Shown: in pieces, positions 39,001 to 51,059 of the stretch
How positions within the stretch are numbered: the first letter of the stretch is position 1
Layout: each line of letters opens with the position of its first letter
Assembly: GCF_006345805.1 (NCBI RefSeq)
Contig: NC_043004.1
Coordinates: 24,738,001 to 24,802,000 of the forward strand
Source of the DNA: Octopus sinensis
Taxonomy: Eukaryota
Direction: 5' to 3'
DNA length: 64,000 nt
Made by a program: the position numbers and the translations under genes
Notes under the pieces: model-generated
Told to the model about the DNA's origin: nothing
The model's database searches: none
What the model saw: only the letters and a program-made list of their open reading frames with translations

Positions 39001-39453
39001 TACACCAACGCTTATCAGTTAAGTTTCCAACACAATTTTTGAACTCCTAACATGATTTGAGAAACAAATTGTACAAGAGTTCCCCTGGTAAATTCCTCAT
39101 ATTTCATTATTTCGCTAATCCTTCTTTGCTAGTACCACTACTATCAACATGTCTAATACAGCACCAGTTTGGGTTGAGATGTCTTCAGTAGTATCAGTTT
39201 CCAAAACAAAAATATCTTCGGAATTCCACTGATACATCTTATCCTGGATTACTGTGATAACAGAATTAAGGAGCCTTGACTGTGTGAGCTTTTTGCCTTG
39301 GTGTTCTTCACTACTTGAGATGGATAATCATTAGCTGTGAAGGAATTGTATTTTTGAATTAGTTTTACAACTTCGAGAAATCTGTGGTTGATTATCCACT
39401 TTGTTCAAGTGTGTATGCTGCTGTTTCATTACTTTAAGTTTAATACCCTCTTA

Positions 39454-39672
39454 TTTCTTTACTGTCCACAAGGGGCTACACACAGAGGAGACAGACAAAC
39501 AGATTAAGTCGATTATATCAACCCCAGTGCATAACTGGTACTTATTTTATCGACCCCGAAAGGATGAAAGACAAAGTCAACCTCGGCAGAATTTGAACTC
39601 AAAACGTAGCGGTAGACGAAATACCACTAAGCATTTCGCCCGGCCTGCCAACGTTTCTGCCAGCTCACTGCC
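39454..39672 (-). mobile_element. SINE family B with perfect 14-bp TSD
   Basis: TSD ttaataccctctta at 39440-39453 and 39673-39686. Confidence 0.9.
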
Positions 39673-40329
39673 TTAATACCCTCTTACCAATGAATTAGAC
39701 CATATCTGCACTCTTTCCAACACTTGTCATCTCTTTCTTCTTTCATCAGGATAGTTGTGTGCAAGTGAGAAATACTTCACTGTTGTCAATCTAGCAAGCA
39801 TGTTCTTTAGATGTGTAGGTACATGTTGCTAATCACTCATTCCCATGATGAATGTGAACCTATCTGAAATGCTGGAAAACACATTGTTTGTATTCACACT
39901 TGGTAGCTACTAGTTGAGTCTGGCAAACTGTTTCTTTCCACAAAGTTGTTCTTACTTCACTTGTGGTGTCATCCTCAGTGAAAAGGATACTTTTAAGGAT
40001 GTGTAACAATGGGGGTTGCCATTGTAACCTGAACGTTGGCCATTGTAAAAAGAGTTAAGGCTGCAACTTGGTCTTGTTACTACTGGAACAAGAGGTTAAT
40101 TAAGAAGCAAAAATCCTCATGTTACGAAGGGTAAAATGCATTCTTGATTGGAATAAATGAAAGAGCCATTCTTGAACTTCACAAATAATTTAATACCAAT
40201 TCAGAACCAGGTGAGAATTCACCAATAAGATGCTTCCATTAAAGCAGTACATAAATGAAGAATGAGTACATATTGTCTTGCCTCGTCACATTCCATCTGT
40301 AGTAGGTAAATTAAAATGTATGAGAGAAT

Positions 40330-41650
40330 TTCTTATGCCTCTTGGGCTTACTTCCATGTAAAAGCAAGTCATGTGACTTAATAACTATGAGGTACTCGGT
40401 TGCTCCTCTAGGGCATTTGATTCCTTGGGCCACATGTAGCAAAACCTAGCACAAAGTCTGGTGATCAGAGAGGCTGAGGGTCTGTGTCTCTTCAATATAT
40501 AGTTCAGAGACCTTAGTGCTCCCTGGTGACTAATTTACATTCTAGAACAATCCACAGCTCATTGGGATTAGTAAAAGGGACATAAATCCAACTTCTTGGA
40601 AGCTTCTAGAATGTTTGCCAAGGGAAATCATTGTGGATAAGTCCCATGATTTGCCAACATAAAATAGGCAATAATAAACCCATTTCGAATTATGTAACTC
40701 CCCTGCCAGAACTGGAATGGTCGACAACAAGGAACAAGACTGTAGATTATGAAACAAGTGATTGATGAGTGCTGCAAGAGGAACTGTTCGATTTGAGAGA
40801 GTCTGTGAGCAACATAGCAGAAAAAGTAAGAAAAGGCACTAGAAGCAACACGGCATAAAACAATGCATGCAAACACAGAACAAGGCAAAATTAGGCAGAA
40901 GGTGAAAGCATGTAAAACAACACATGTGAAATACGAAAATATGTAACCATGATATGCAAAGCAAACCTGCAAGAAAACAGTCTGTTGAAAATCTATACAA
41001 TTTGTGAAATGGAGACAGCTTAGAGAAAAAGTAAGCAATTCATGTTGATGTGAAAAGTTTAGTCAGATACAGCCTTAGACAGTTTCCGTGGCCAATGAAC
41101 AGTCCTACTACTGCATGTAACATAGGGCAAAGAAGATGAAGGTGTTTGCGATGGTTGTTGTGAAGTATGTGGTGGTGGTGGAGTGAATATGGGAGGGGTA
41201 TGAGTGTCAGAAAATGCCTTAAGTCTTATCCACTGAAATAGTTTGTGTATTGAAGAACCCAATAAGGTCCTGTGTATGGTAGTGTGAGAGGGCCTCTCAC
41301 AGTCACTGCATAAGAATACGTGGGTCCATGAAGCAATGTTCTTCAGGGTAGTAAATCAGAAGTATGACCGCAATCGATCGATGTAAATGGAAAGATCCTG
41401 GGTAGATGTATCCGTTGGTACCAACATCTGGCCAAGCAATGATAAATCCGCTTTGAATTACGTAACTCCTACAGCTGCTTGAATCTTCTTATCAAGGGGA
41501 TTCAGAACTGATGTTTTGTCAAACATTTGATATCACTCATTTCTTTGTTGCTCCTTCATACTGGCTGCTTATTTCCAGGAAGCATGAAAAACTGGAGTTG
41601 GCTTCTTAGCATGTGTGGATCTTTCATATACTGTATTCAGCTGTCTGGTA
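40330..41650 (-). mobile_element. Second Ty3/Gypsy relic: integrase C-terminus, PPT and LTR
   Basis: LLGQMLVPTD..IYIDRLRSYF..WTHVFL..TISVD/RLKAF; PPT ctggcaggggag followed by ttacata at 40709-40692, the same junction as in the first copy. Confidence 0.7.
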
Positions 41651-41799
41651 GCAGTGTTGGGGTGATTTGAATGTGGTATCTGATGACTTCCACCTCTTAT
41701 ATTTGTGAGCTGATTGGTAATGCTATAGCAAGCACTCACTTACACCTCTTATTTTCTGGGTGCAAGTCTTGAAGATTAAACAGCAATGAGGAATGAAAC

Positions 41800-44530
41800 T
41801 TAAGTGCACTAAGTAGTCAAGGCTCAAGGAGTGTTCCACATCAAGTTACTTGAAGTTAGCACTTGGTTTTCTATTCTCTGTGATGGACAGTACACTTGTT
41901 TTTGATGGTTTGATCAGATTGATGAAAGAAGGTTCTCTACATAATATGGTGTTTGCTGATGAGGAAATTTCTAGCTTCTCTTTCACTACCATTAAGTCAG
42001 TATAACATCCTGCAATACTTAGGACTTATTCTAAAAACATGGTATTGTTTGTTCTTTTAAAAACTTGACAAAAAGTCCTGAAGTTTATTGGACAGATGCA
42101 TTGCCAATTATTGAAGAAGCTGTTATGGTAATCATGTTTATGTTACCACCTGGTTTATGAGGAAGGTTTGTGTCATTATAGAAGTATTCATTAATTTCTT
42201 ATTTGTGATGTTTACTGTTCATTCTTTTCTTAGTCCAATTGAGGAATGCACAAGTTGTTTTTAAAATTTATATTTTGTAACGTTTTCAATTAACTTTTAT
42301 CACCATTGTAACTATTTTCAGCTTTGATTTAATCTATTTTGCAATGGCTTGAAACAAATCATACTCAGATATAAAGTACATTTTCAAGAATCTTGTTTAT
42401 GATGAGGTGAAGTCTTTTTTACTCTTCTTGGAATGTAGAATATTTGAGTATTCTTAAAGATCATTTTTAACATATCAAAATGATATGTTAAGCTACCAAT
42501 GTTATTTTCTAAAATATAGGATAAAGATATAACTGTTTGATAACAACTTACTAATGCTATAACTAATTACTTTCATGTAATCATTTGTTTTTGTCTTGGA
42601 TGGATAGTTTACCTATTGCCAACCAATTTACAGTTTTGGGGATGGGTGCATTTTATTGTAGCACTAATACTAGACAAATGGTAAGTTGTTTTACCAATGT
42701 CAATAGTGTTGGTAAATTGTTATTACACTAACAATTTTGTAGTTTTCATTTGATTACTTTCATAGATGGACACCTTTCCTCCCCATCAAACAACATTCTT
42801 TTATGTATCTAAGTTTCTTTTTTTTTTCTTCCACTATGTAGGTTCAACCATTCTTGATTTTGATATTCTCCTTGTTACAGACTTTTCAATGTTCTCGTGT
42901 TTCAACATTCCAGTTTCTTCTTTGTAAGACCTTAATTTCCACTGTCTGATCATTTATAGCTGCACTTCTTAAGCAGGATTCATTTCTGGCTTCTTTGACT
43001 TTAGTGAGGAATCTACATTTTTTTGTGTTCCTTTTGAACTCGCTAAAGCTATCTGTACAGTCAAGTCTAAAGAATTCTTTCCCATTCTTCCATTTGTTCC
43101 AATATCAACAGTATCTATTATTTTGGAAATATTAGATTAAATATATATGAGCAGTCTGAAAGAATGCATTTCTTTTTTAAAGGGAATGGCAAGTTATTTC
43201 CATCAATGTCAATATAGTTGATGTTATATAAAATATAGAACATTAGTAGACTTATCACAAACAGTTATATTTCAATCCTATAATTGATTACTTTGAAGTA
43301 TAATCAATCAGTTTTTACAGACAGATGTGCTACCTATCACTAACCAATTTACAGTATAGGCTGGGTGCATTTTATTCCACTACTAGGACAAACAAGTTCA
43401 CTTGTAGCAAGACTAAGGAGTCATCTTCATCATTACTTCATTCCAATGTTAACTGAATCGATAGTACTTTTTCTTCTTTCTGGAAATATATTAAATTGAA
43501 TATATATGAGCATTCTGAAAGACTGCAATATACCAAAATATCAGAACAGTAATTTGTGACCAATGTCAACAGTGTCTGTAGATGCTTTTTTTTTTTTTTT
43601 TTTATATATATATCATCCAAGACCAATTGGTGACCCTATGAGGTTCCTTCAAGTATTGTGGTCCTGCATAGTTTTCAAGATACTCCCATATAGTCCATCT
43701 TCCTTAATGATTTTTTCACCCCACAAGGATCAGGTTCAATTTGCCACATCTACAAGTGGTATGAGTGGCGAGAAGCCAGGCTGCTGATAAATTGTTTTCA
43801 AGAAGGTAGATACCATTTTGTCATCTGTGAAAGCAAGTCTGCAAGGAGTTCTGCTGGGTAGCATGAGCTCTGACATTCTTGAGTGTAACTCTGATGGTGT
43901 AATGGCACTTCTCGGAACATAATCCAAAGTCACAATGAAAGGTAAGGGAGCCAAAGAATCAGTCACCTTATAGAACTCCAGTGTTCATCTATTAGATTAC
44001 TCTCAAATAAATGGTTTTCATAATTGAATAGCCTTCTTATCACCAATTGATTTACAGTTAGAAGTGTTGCATTTTGTTGTGGAACCAGTAGTAGGAAAGT
44101 TGTCTGTGGAACAGCTAAAGAATCCTCACTGCTCTGCCATTATTTGTCCTAATTTGAATAAAATCATTTGTATCTTCTTTCTGAAAAAGTTACATGGAAT
44201 ATATTTGAACATTCTGAAAGAATGTTTTTATTAAAATGTCAGAATGGTAAGTTATTTTACCCATGCCAATAGTTATCACATTGTAATAATTTTGAAGCTT
44301 TCATTTGATTACTTTCATAGGTAGACACTTCTCCTCCTCATTGAATTACATTCTTTTATTTATATATAAGTTTCTACTTTTCCTTTCATCATTTGTTGAA
44401 ATTGTATTTTTTTTTATCTTGTATTATGCATGTTCAACCTTTCCTGACTTTGATATTCTCCTCATTACAGACATTTTCAATCTTCTTTTGTTCTGACATT
44501 CCAGTTTCTTCTTTGTAAGAACTTACCTTT
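41800..44530 (-). pseudogene. Decayed coding-like region with degenerate ~330-360 bp tandem units
   Basis: Motif gaatatat..gagcattctgaaaga recurs near 42440, 43140, 43500 and 44200; ccaatttacag near 42622, 43324 and 44043. Minus-strand frames with sparse stops (e.g. TIDIGKTTYHLSSISATIKCTHPQNCKLVGNR). Confidence 0.4.
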
Positions 44531-44739
44531 TACTAATGTCTTTTAGCATGTTGGTTAGCATAGCTCTGGCCCTGGTATAATTACACTTTTTGGTTCCAAT
44601 AAATCATGTATAAACAGTGGAAAGAAATACAAGAAAGTTGCAATTGACTGCTACACTTTAACTGCTAAGTGAATCGATGCAGAAAACATTGGTACATCTT
44701 GAATGATATTGTCTGAAGAAAACATACATATTTGTTTCT

Positions 44740-44945
44740 CATGCTCTTTACTGAAAGTACTCTGCAGGTTTGAGATGTTGAGGAAAAAAGCAAGTGGCTG
44801 CCATGCACAACTGACAAACTGTTGCAAAATGCCACCTACTTTGGATGTGTCGCCCATTAATGTTAAAGGTGCCTCAGGAGTGGGGTGGGCAAACAGTGTA
44901 ACTCTGGATAACTTATCCTTAATATCTGCAAAAGCATGCTAGTAA
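44740..44945 (-). mobile_element. Ty3/Gypsy RNase H relic
   Basis: AFADIKDKL..LFAHPTPEAPLTLMGDTSKVGGILQQFVSCAWQPLAFF matches 'L.VDAS..VGAVLQQ...WQPLAFFS'. Confidence 0.8.
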
Positions 44946-46483
44946 GTAGAATTTAACAATATAGGTTAATTCTTCTTCTTACACCTGGATTCTCTGTTGC
45001 ATGATACACAGTTGTGCACTTGACTGCTTAAAATTGGCTCTATCAGATCACACAAATTTTTGAAGAAACCTAGCATCTTTCCTTTCCTTCACTCTGCAAT
45101 TCTGCAAGATAGTCTTGAACAAATTCCAGCCATATAATAAATGTCAGAAATCGAGAATAATTTTTTTTATTAAAGGAAGAATTAATTAACTCTCCAGTGG
45201 TGCAGTTTTCATGGTTAGCACAGTGGGGTATGGAGAACCCCACTCATAGTTTTAGCTATTTTTAGTACTTTTTGCTACTTAGCATTCTTAAAACATTCTG
45301 ATATAACGTATTTATTTAATTTAACACACTCACCGGTAAAATTTCCACTTATTTCTTATTTATTGAGTGGATTTGGTAGATGGAAACTGAAAGAAGCCTG
45401 TTGTGTATATGTATGTATATATATATATATATGTCTGTGTGTGTTTGTGTGTCTATGTTTGTCCCCTCCCCCCAACATTGCTTGACAACCGATGGTGGGG
45501 TGTTTACGTCCCTGTAACTTAGCAGTTTGGCAAAAGAGACTGATAGAATGAGTACTAGGCTTACAAAGAATAAGTCCTAGGATCGATTTGCTCAATTAAA
45601 GACAGTGCTCCTGCATGGCCGCAGTCAAATGACTGAAAGAAGTAAAAGAGTAAAAAGTATATTATTTGTGAAACACCAAGCCTTTTGATATCAGCCTGCT
45701 GGAAACCATCGCAGGTTTTGTGGTACATACTTTTTACTTTAACATTCAGATTACCCTGTCAAATGTAATGCTTATTTATTCGCATTGTTTTGAATTAATC
45801 TTGCATTATTATTGGTGCAGGCATGGCTGTATGGTAAAAAGCTTGCTTCCTGACTACATGGTTTCGGATTCAGTCCCACTGCATACTGCTTGGCAATTTG
45901 GGCACATGTCTTCTTCTAAAGCCTCATGCCAAACTAAGCCTTGTGAGTGGATTTGGCAGACGGAAACTGAAAGAAGCTCATCATGTGTGTGTGTGTGTGT
46001 GTATATGCCTTTGCACCTGTATGTGTCCCTGGCACCAACACCACTCAGCAACTGGCATTGGTGTCTTTACATCCCTATAACTTAGTGGTTTGGCAAAAGT
46101 GACTGATAGAATAAATACCAGGTGTTAAAAAAAAAACTAGAGTTGATTCATTCAACTAAAAATTCTAAAAGGCAGTGCGCCAGCATGGCTGCAGTTTAAT
46201 GACTGAAACCAGTAAAAGATAACATATCTTGTAGCTTTGCAATTTTGATGATGTAATTGTTTATTTTGAGAATGGCATTGAAGGGTATGTGTGACAGGCC
46301 AGATCTGGCCACTTTGACCATAAATGGGCTAGATATGGTCAGCTTAAATGCTAATGGGTCCAATGGTCTACATTTTAATTTTCCATTAAACTTTCAGGTT
46401 AATTTATATTCCAAACATCAGCCTAATACTCCTTTCTACTATAGGCACAATTTGGAGGAGGGGGACTAATCAATTACATTGAC

Positions 46484-46714
46484 GGCGGCGAGCTGGGAGA
46501 AACGTTAGCACGCCGGGCGAAATGTTTAGCGGTATATCGCCTGCCGCTACGTTCTGAGTTCGAATTCCGCCGAGGTCGACTTTGCCTTTCATCCTTTCGG
46601 GGTCGATAAATAAAGTACCAGTTTCGCACTGGGGTCAATGTAATTGACTTAATCCCTTTGTCTATCCTTGTTCGTCCCCTCTATGTTTAGCCTCTTGTGG
46701 GTAGTAAAGAAATG
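46484..46714 (+). mobile_element. Young SINE family B inserted into an older antisense family B-like copy
   Basis: TSD aattacattgac (46472-46483) / aattacatcgac (46715-46726); host copy on the minus strand from about 46430 to 46878. Confidence 0.88.
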
Positions 46715-47550
46715 AATTACATCGACCCCCGGTGCTCAACTGGTACTTGTTTCATTGATCCTGAAAGGATGAAAGGCAAAGTGGACCTTGGTTAAATTTT
46801 GAAGTCAGCATAAGGACAGACCAAATGCTGCTAAGCATTTTGCCCAGCATGCTAATAATTCTGTCAACTCACCACCTTAATCAGCCTAATAATGACAAAA
46901 GTTATTTTACTATATTCTTAAGTTTCAAAAGTAATTGTTAAGAAGAGAGTGTATTTCAAGAGAAAACATGTTAGCAAAAAAGGTTAAACAACCTAACACC
47001 AAGCCAAAATGTTCTGTTTTTTAAAAATGTATTCGGTATTGATTGTTTTTAAAAAAAAAAATACTTGCTGATAATATGTTTTACTATTTAACATTACATT
47101 TGACCATTTAATTCATTCTTTTCCTCATTCAGTGATCAGTAATCTAATGTAGGAAACATAACTTATCATAATTGGAACACTATCATAAGAAAAAAAAAAA
47201 CTTTGAATTTAAAAAAAAAATACTAAATTTTATACATGTGTTGTAAAGTTCATATTTTTTATCTGACAGTAACCATGTAACGATTTGGCTTTTGACATCA
47301 AACCAAATATGTATTGCATGTTATTTGCATAATAATTACTTGCTTAGCAATTTTTACGACAGTTCCTTCCACAAATTATTAGGTTGCTATATACTCATTT
47401 CTATGAAATCAGTTAATGTGCAAATCAGAATATTGACTATCAAACTTGAACAATGTTGACAACTAACATAGATATGTCTATCAAAATTTAACAAAAGCAA
47501 TGGTGAAAAAAAAAATGGTTTTTAAAAAGACTTTCATAATCATAGGCACT

Positions 47551-47900
47551 GGAGTGGCTGTGTGGTAAGTAGCTTGCTTACCAATCACATGGTTCCGACT
47601 TCAGTCCCACTGCATGGCACCTTGGGCAAGTGTCTTCTACAGCCTTGTGACTGGATTTGGTAGACGGAAACTGAAAAAAGGCCCATCATGTATATCTGTG
47701 TGTGTTTGTGTTTGTTCCCCCACCATCGCTTGACAACCAGTGTTGGTGTGTTTACATCCCTGTAACTTAGCAGTTTGGCAAAAGAAACTTATAGAATAAG
47801 TACTAGGCTTACAAAGAATAAGTCTTAGGGTTGATTTGTTCGACTAAAGGTGGTGCTCCTGCATGGCCACAGTCAAATGACCGAAACAAATAAAAGAATA
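47551..47900 (+). mobile_element. SINE family A
   Basis: ggagtggctgtgtggtaagtagc head to aaacaaataaaaga tail. Confidence 0.88.
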
Positions 47901-48164
47901 ATCAAACTGATGGGAAAATTTACAAATTTGCACCCATACTCCATGGAATGAAAACACTAAATAAAGAAAATTTTTTATTTTAGAACAATCCAACAACTGG
48001 TTCTACAAATTTCAGTAATTTGGAAGACAGGGTGAAGCTGAAAGTAAAAAGAATAGGAAAGAAGAGGATTATTGGTTGTTTAAGGAAGGGAGAACTTTTA
48101 GTCGGCAGGGTCAGTGACTTCAGTCCATAGCTAATCAGTAGCAATTTTCATTCACATACATGTC

Positions 48165-48439
48165 ATATATCACGTGACCGACCAGACCATCAGATGTTGT
48201 TACACATCGCTGGTCACAATGCGTTTGCATTGTTTTAGCCTTCGAATGACGCCACCCTGCTGGCTAAGTGAGCAGGCCAACAGAAGAAAGAGTGGTGAAA
48301 GAGTACAGCAGGGATCAACACCCTCTGCCGGAGCCACATGGAGCTTTTAGGTGTTTTCGCTCAATAAACACACACAACGCCCGATCTGAGAATCGAAACC
48401 GTGAGTCTGTTGCCCTAACCACTGGGCCATTGCACCTCC
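48165..48439 (-). mobile_element. SINE family C head with an alternative 3' tail
   Basis: First ~150 nt match 25724; the tail (ctgctcacttagccagcagggtggcgtcattcgaagg...) differs and recurs at 63875-64000. Confidence 0.8.
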
Positions 48440-48446
48440 ACACATG

Positions 48447-48483
<37 letters not shown>

Positions 48484-48494
<11 letters not shown>

Positions 48495-48753
48495 ATTCGA
48501 GACAAAACCACTATTTTGCAAAACAAACAAGGAAAGACTTAATCAATACATAAAAATTTTTAATATAAAGAAATAAATATTTATTTATTTATTTATTTAT
48601 TTATTTATATTAAAAATTTTTATGTATTGATTAAGTCTTTCCTTGTTTGTTTTGCAAAATAGTGGTTTTGTCTCGAATTATATTATATAATATTTTACTA
48701 TAAAATTGGATTTAATCCTAAATCTGATTTTTCCCTGTAAATTTGGATTTATT

Positions 48754-48757
<4 letters not shown>
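48484..48757 (-). mobile_element. (TA)n-embedded element with perfect 86-bp inverted repeat
   Basis: 48484-48569 is the exact reverse complement of 48604-48689 (34-nt AT loop); 48690-48757 is the family left end (tagggaataaatccaaatttacaggg); (TA)n on both sides. Confidence 0.85.
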
Positions 48758-48799
<42 letters not shown>

Positions 48800-49195
48800 A
48801 AATTAGATTGCTGACTACAAAATGTTGATGCATAGGCATGTGCATGTTTGCATTGCCGGTCTCCAAACTTGTATGTTCTCACACACACAGGTGTAAAATT
48901 TATTATCAACTTTTTTAATAACACCTACCTGCCACATATAGCTGCATAGAAATAGATACATAAACACACACACATGTCTTTCCATACATATTTGGTGATT
49001 TGCTTAATGTTTGTTTATCCATGCTGGCATGGGTTTGAGTGTTATTTGAGGTAATATTTTTATAGCTAGATGCTCTTCTTTTTGCTCATGCTTGCCTGTT
49101 TTTCAAGTAAAGGATTTATTCAACATCAACTACTTTTCTCAAACAGTGACAGAATATAACCATGTTCACATTTGTGCATTCCCCCACCGTACAGA

Positions 49196-49885
49196 CAGGG
49201 TTATTCAAAAAGAATGAGCCGATTTCATTACGCAATATTTTAATAAGGAAAAGCAATAGAGAACTCCAGCTAAGTAACAAGTATTTACTCAAATCAACTT
49301 TTATTTCCTGTCTTACAAGTGTTCAATGTGGCAATATCAATGCAATAAGAGAATTCCTTCAGATGAGTATCAGCATATCACAATCCACTGAGGTGATCAC
49401 TGTTGCCATATCTGACCCAGATATTCTACATGTTTTATATTCAAACTGGCGATATGTAGCCTCTCACACCTAACCTACATTGACATTCTAAAAATAAACA
49501 ACCACATCATTGAAACCTCAAAGCTATAAGATAATGCATGATTAATTCAAAACAATTCAAGGGAAAAAGTATTACATTTAACAGAGTAATCTGAACACTA
49601 AAGGGTTAAGGTCATCAAGGATCTGAACACTAAAGGGTTAAGGTCATCGAATAACAACAGCGATCAACTCAGTGGATCATGATATGCTAATATGCATCTG
49701 GGAGGAATTCTCTTATCACATCGATGTTGCCTGTACTGCAGGTGCTGGCCACATTGAACACTTGTAAGACAGGAAATAAAAGTTGATTGCGAGTAAATAC
49801 CTGTGACTTACTTGGAGTTTTCTATTGCTTTTCCTTATTAAAATATTGTGTAATGAAATCGGTTCATCCTTTTTGAATAACCCTG
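49196..49885. mobile_element. Fold-back of two Tc1/mariner right ends around a piggyBac MITE fragment
   Basis: Right arm encodes TTAINSVDHDMLICIWEEFSYHIDVACTAGAGHIEHL* then TIR ...gaataaccctg|TA; left arm 49196-49410 is its reverse complement. Confidence 0.8.
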
Positions 49886-49934
49886 TATATATATGATGGG
49901 TCCCACATGGTATTGATCAGTCTGGGGTTATATC

Positions 49935-50630
49935 ATCATTATCGTTTAACATCCATTTCCCATTCTGGCATGGGTTGGACCGTTTGTCTGAGGTCTGGAG
50001 AGCCAGTAGCTGCACTGGGCTCCACCTGATCTGGCAATGTTTCTACAGCTGGATTCCCTTCCTAAGCCAACCACTCCGAGAGTGTAGAGGGTGCTTTTTA
50101 TGTGCCCCAGGCACAGGAGCCAGTCAGGTGGGCCTGGTATCAATCACAGTTGGATAGTGGTTTTTACGTGCCATTGGCACAGGGGCCAGTCAGTCGATAC
50201 TGGCATTGGCCACATTTGGATGGTGCTTTTTGACATGCCACCAGCTCAGGAGGCACTGGCCACAGCTACAATATTGGTTTTACTTGACTCAACAGGTCTT
50301 CTGAAGCATATCATATTGCCCAATGCTTCAGGGATACTCAACTGAGCTGGACATGCATGGCTGTGATCTCACTTTAGTTGCCAGATCTTCTCAATCACAG
50401 ATTATCTCCAAAGGTCTCGGTCTCCTGTCATTGCCTATGTGAGGCCCAATATTCAATGGTCATGCTTCACCACCTCATCCCATATCTTCTTGGGTCTACC
50501 TCTTCCACAGTTAGGGAGTGGCACTTCTTCACACAGCTGTCCCCATCCATATGTAACACATGACCATACCAGCGCAGTCATCTCTCTTGCACACCACATT
50601 TGATGCTTCTTATGCCCAACTTTTCTCTCA
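49935..50630 (-). mobile_element. RTE LINE 3' portion (ORF end plus UTR with minisatellite units)
   Basis: CGRGRPKKIWDEVVKHD on the minus strand; about 3 gtgcc..ggcac units; (atc)n tail. Confidence 0.85.
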
Positions 50631-50723
50631 GGGCACTTATATTTATTCAAAGTGCTGCTCAGTGAGACTGAACCTGAAACCATGTGATTCCTAACCATAT
50701 TGCTTGCATCTATGTAATATATA

Positions 50724-51030
50724 CAGGGCGTTTGGGATGAATTTGATAGTTTGCATCAAAGAAAAAGAAAACACAATATCCTATTCAAAATAAAAGTATT
50801 TTTCAGAATCCAAAAATATCAGCTGGGTTATGATAGTAGCTGCCCTCAGATTCCTACCACAGCCTCAAGACATCTCCAGAACCTGATGCATGTACTCCTC
50901 ACTGTGTCCCTGGAAAGATTTTTGAACTCCTCCTTGATCTTGGAGTTGCAGGCAGAGCAGCTGGTGTCTTTCTCAACTGCACCCTACACATAGAAATCCA
51001 TTGAATTAAAATTGGGGGAATTAGGAAGCC
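50724..51030 (-). mobile_element. Tc1/mariner transposase C-terminal relic with TIR
   Basis: NSPNFNSMDFYV*GAVEKDT..KIKEEF..RFWRCLEAVV resembles SPDxNPLDxxVWG; terminus TA|cagggcgtttgg. Confidence 0.75.
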
Positions 51031-51059
51031 AGAAATTAAGAATGATGAAGTTATAGAAA

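Noticed and set aside
42300-42420. BACK-domain-like peptide ISEYDLFQAIAK* on the minus strand
   Set aside because: The segment is one unit of the local degenerate repeat; the similarity is short and not extended by neighbouring sequence.
43736-43966. 76-aa ORF as an exon or RT fragment
   Set aside because: Weak acceptor, no recognisable motif, and it lies within the decayed repeat region.
49589-49648. 28-bp direct duplication (also a 24-bp one near 15838-15880)
   Set aside because: Ordinary local slippage or insertion scar; no further structure.
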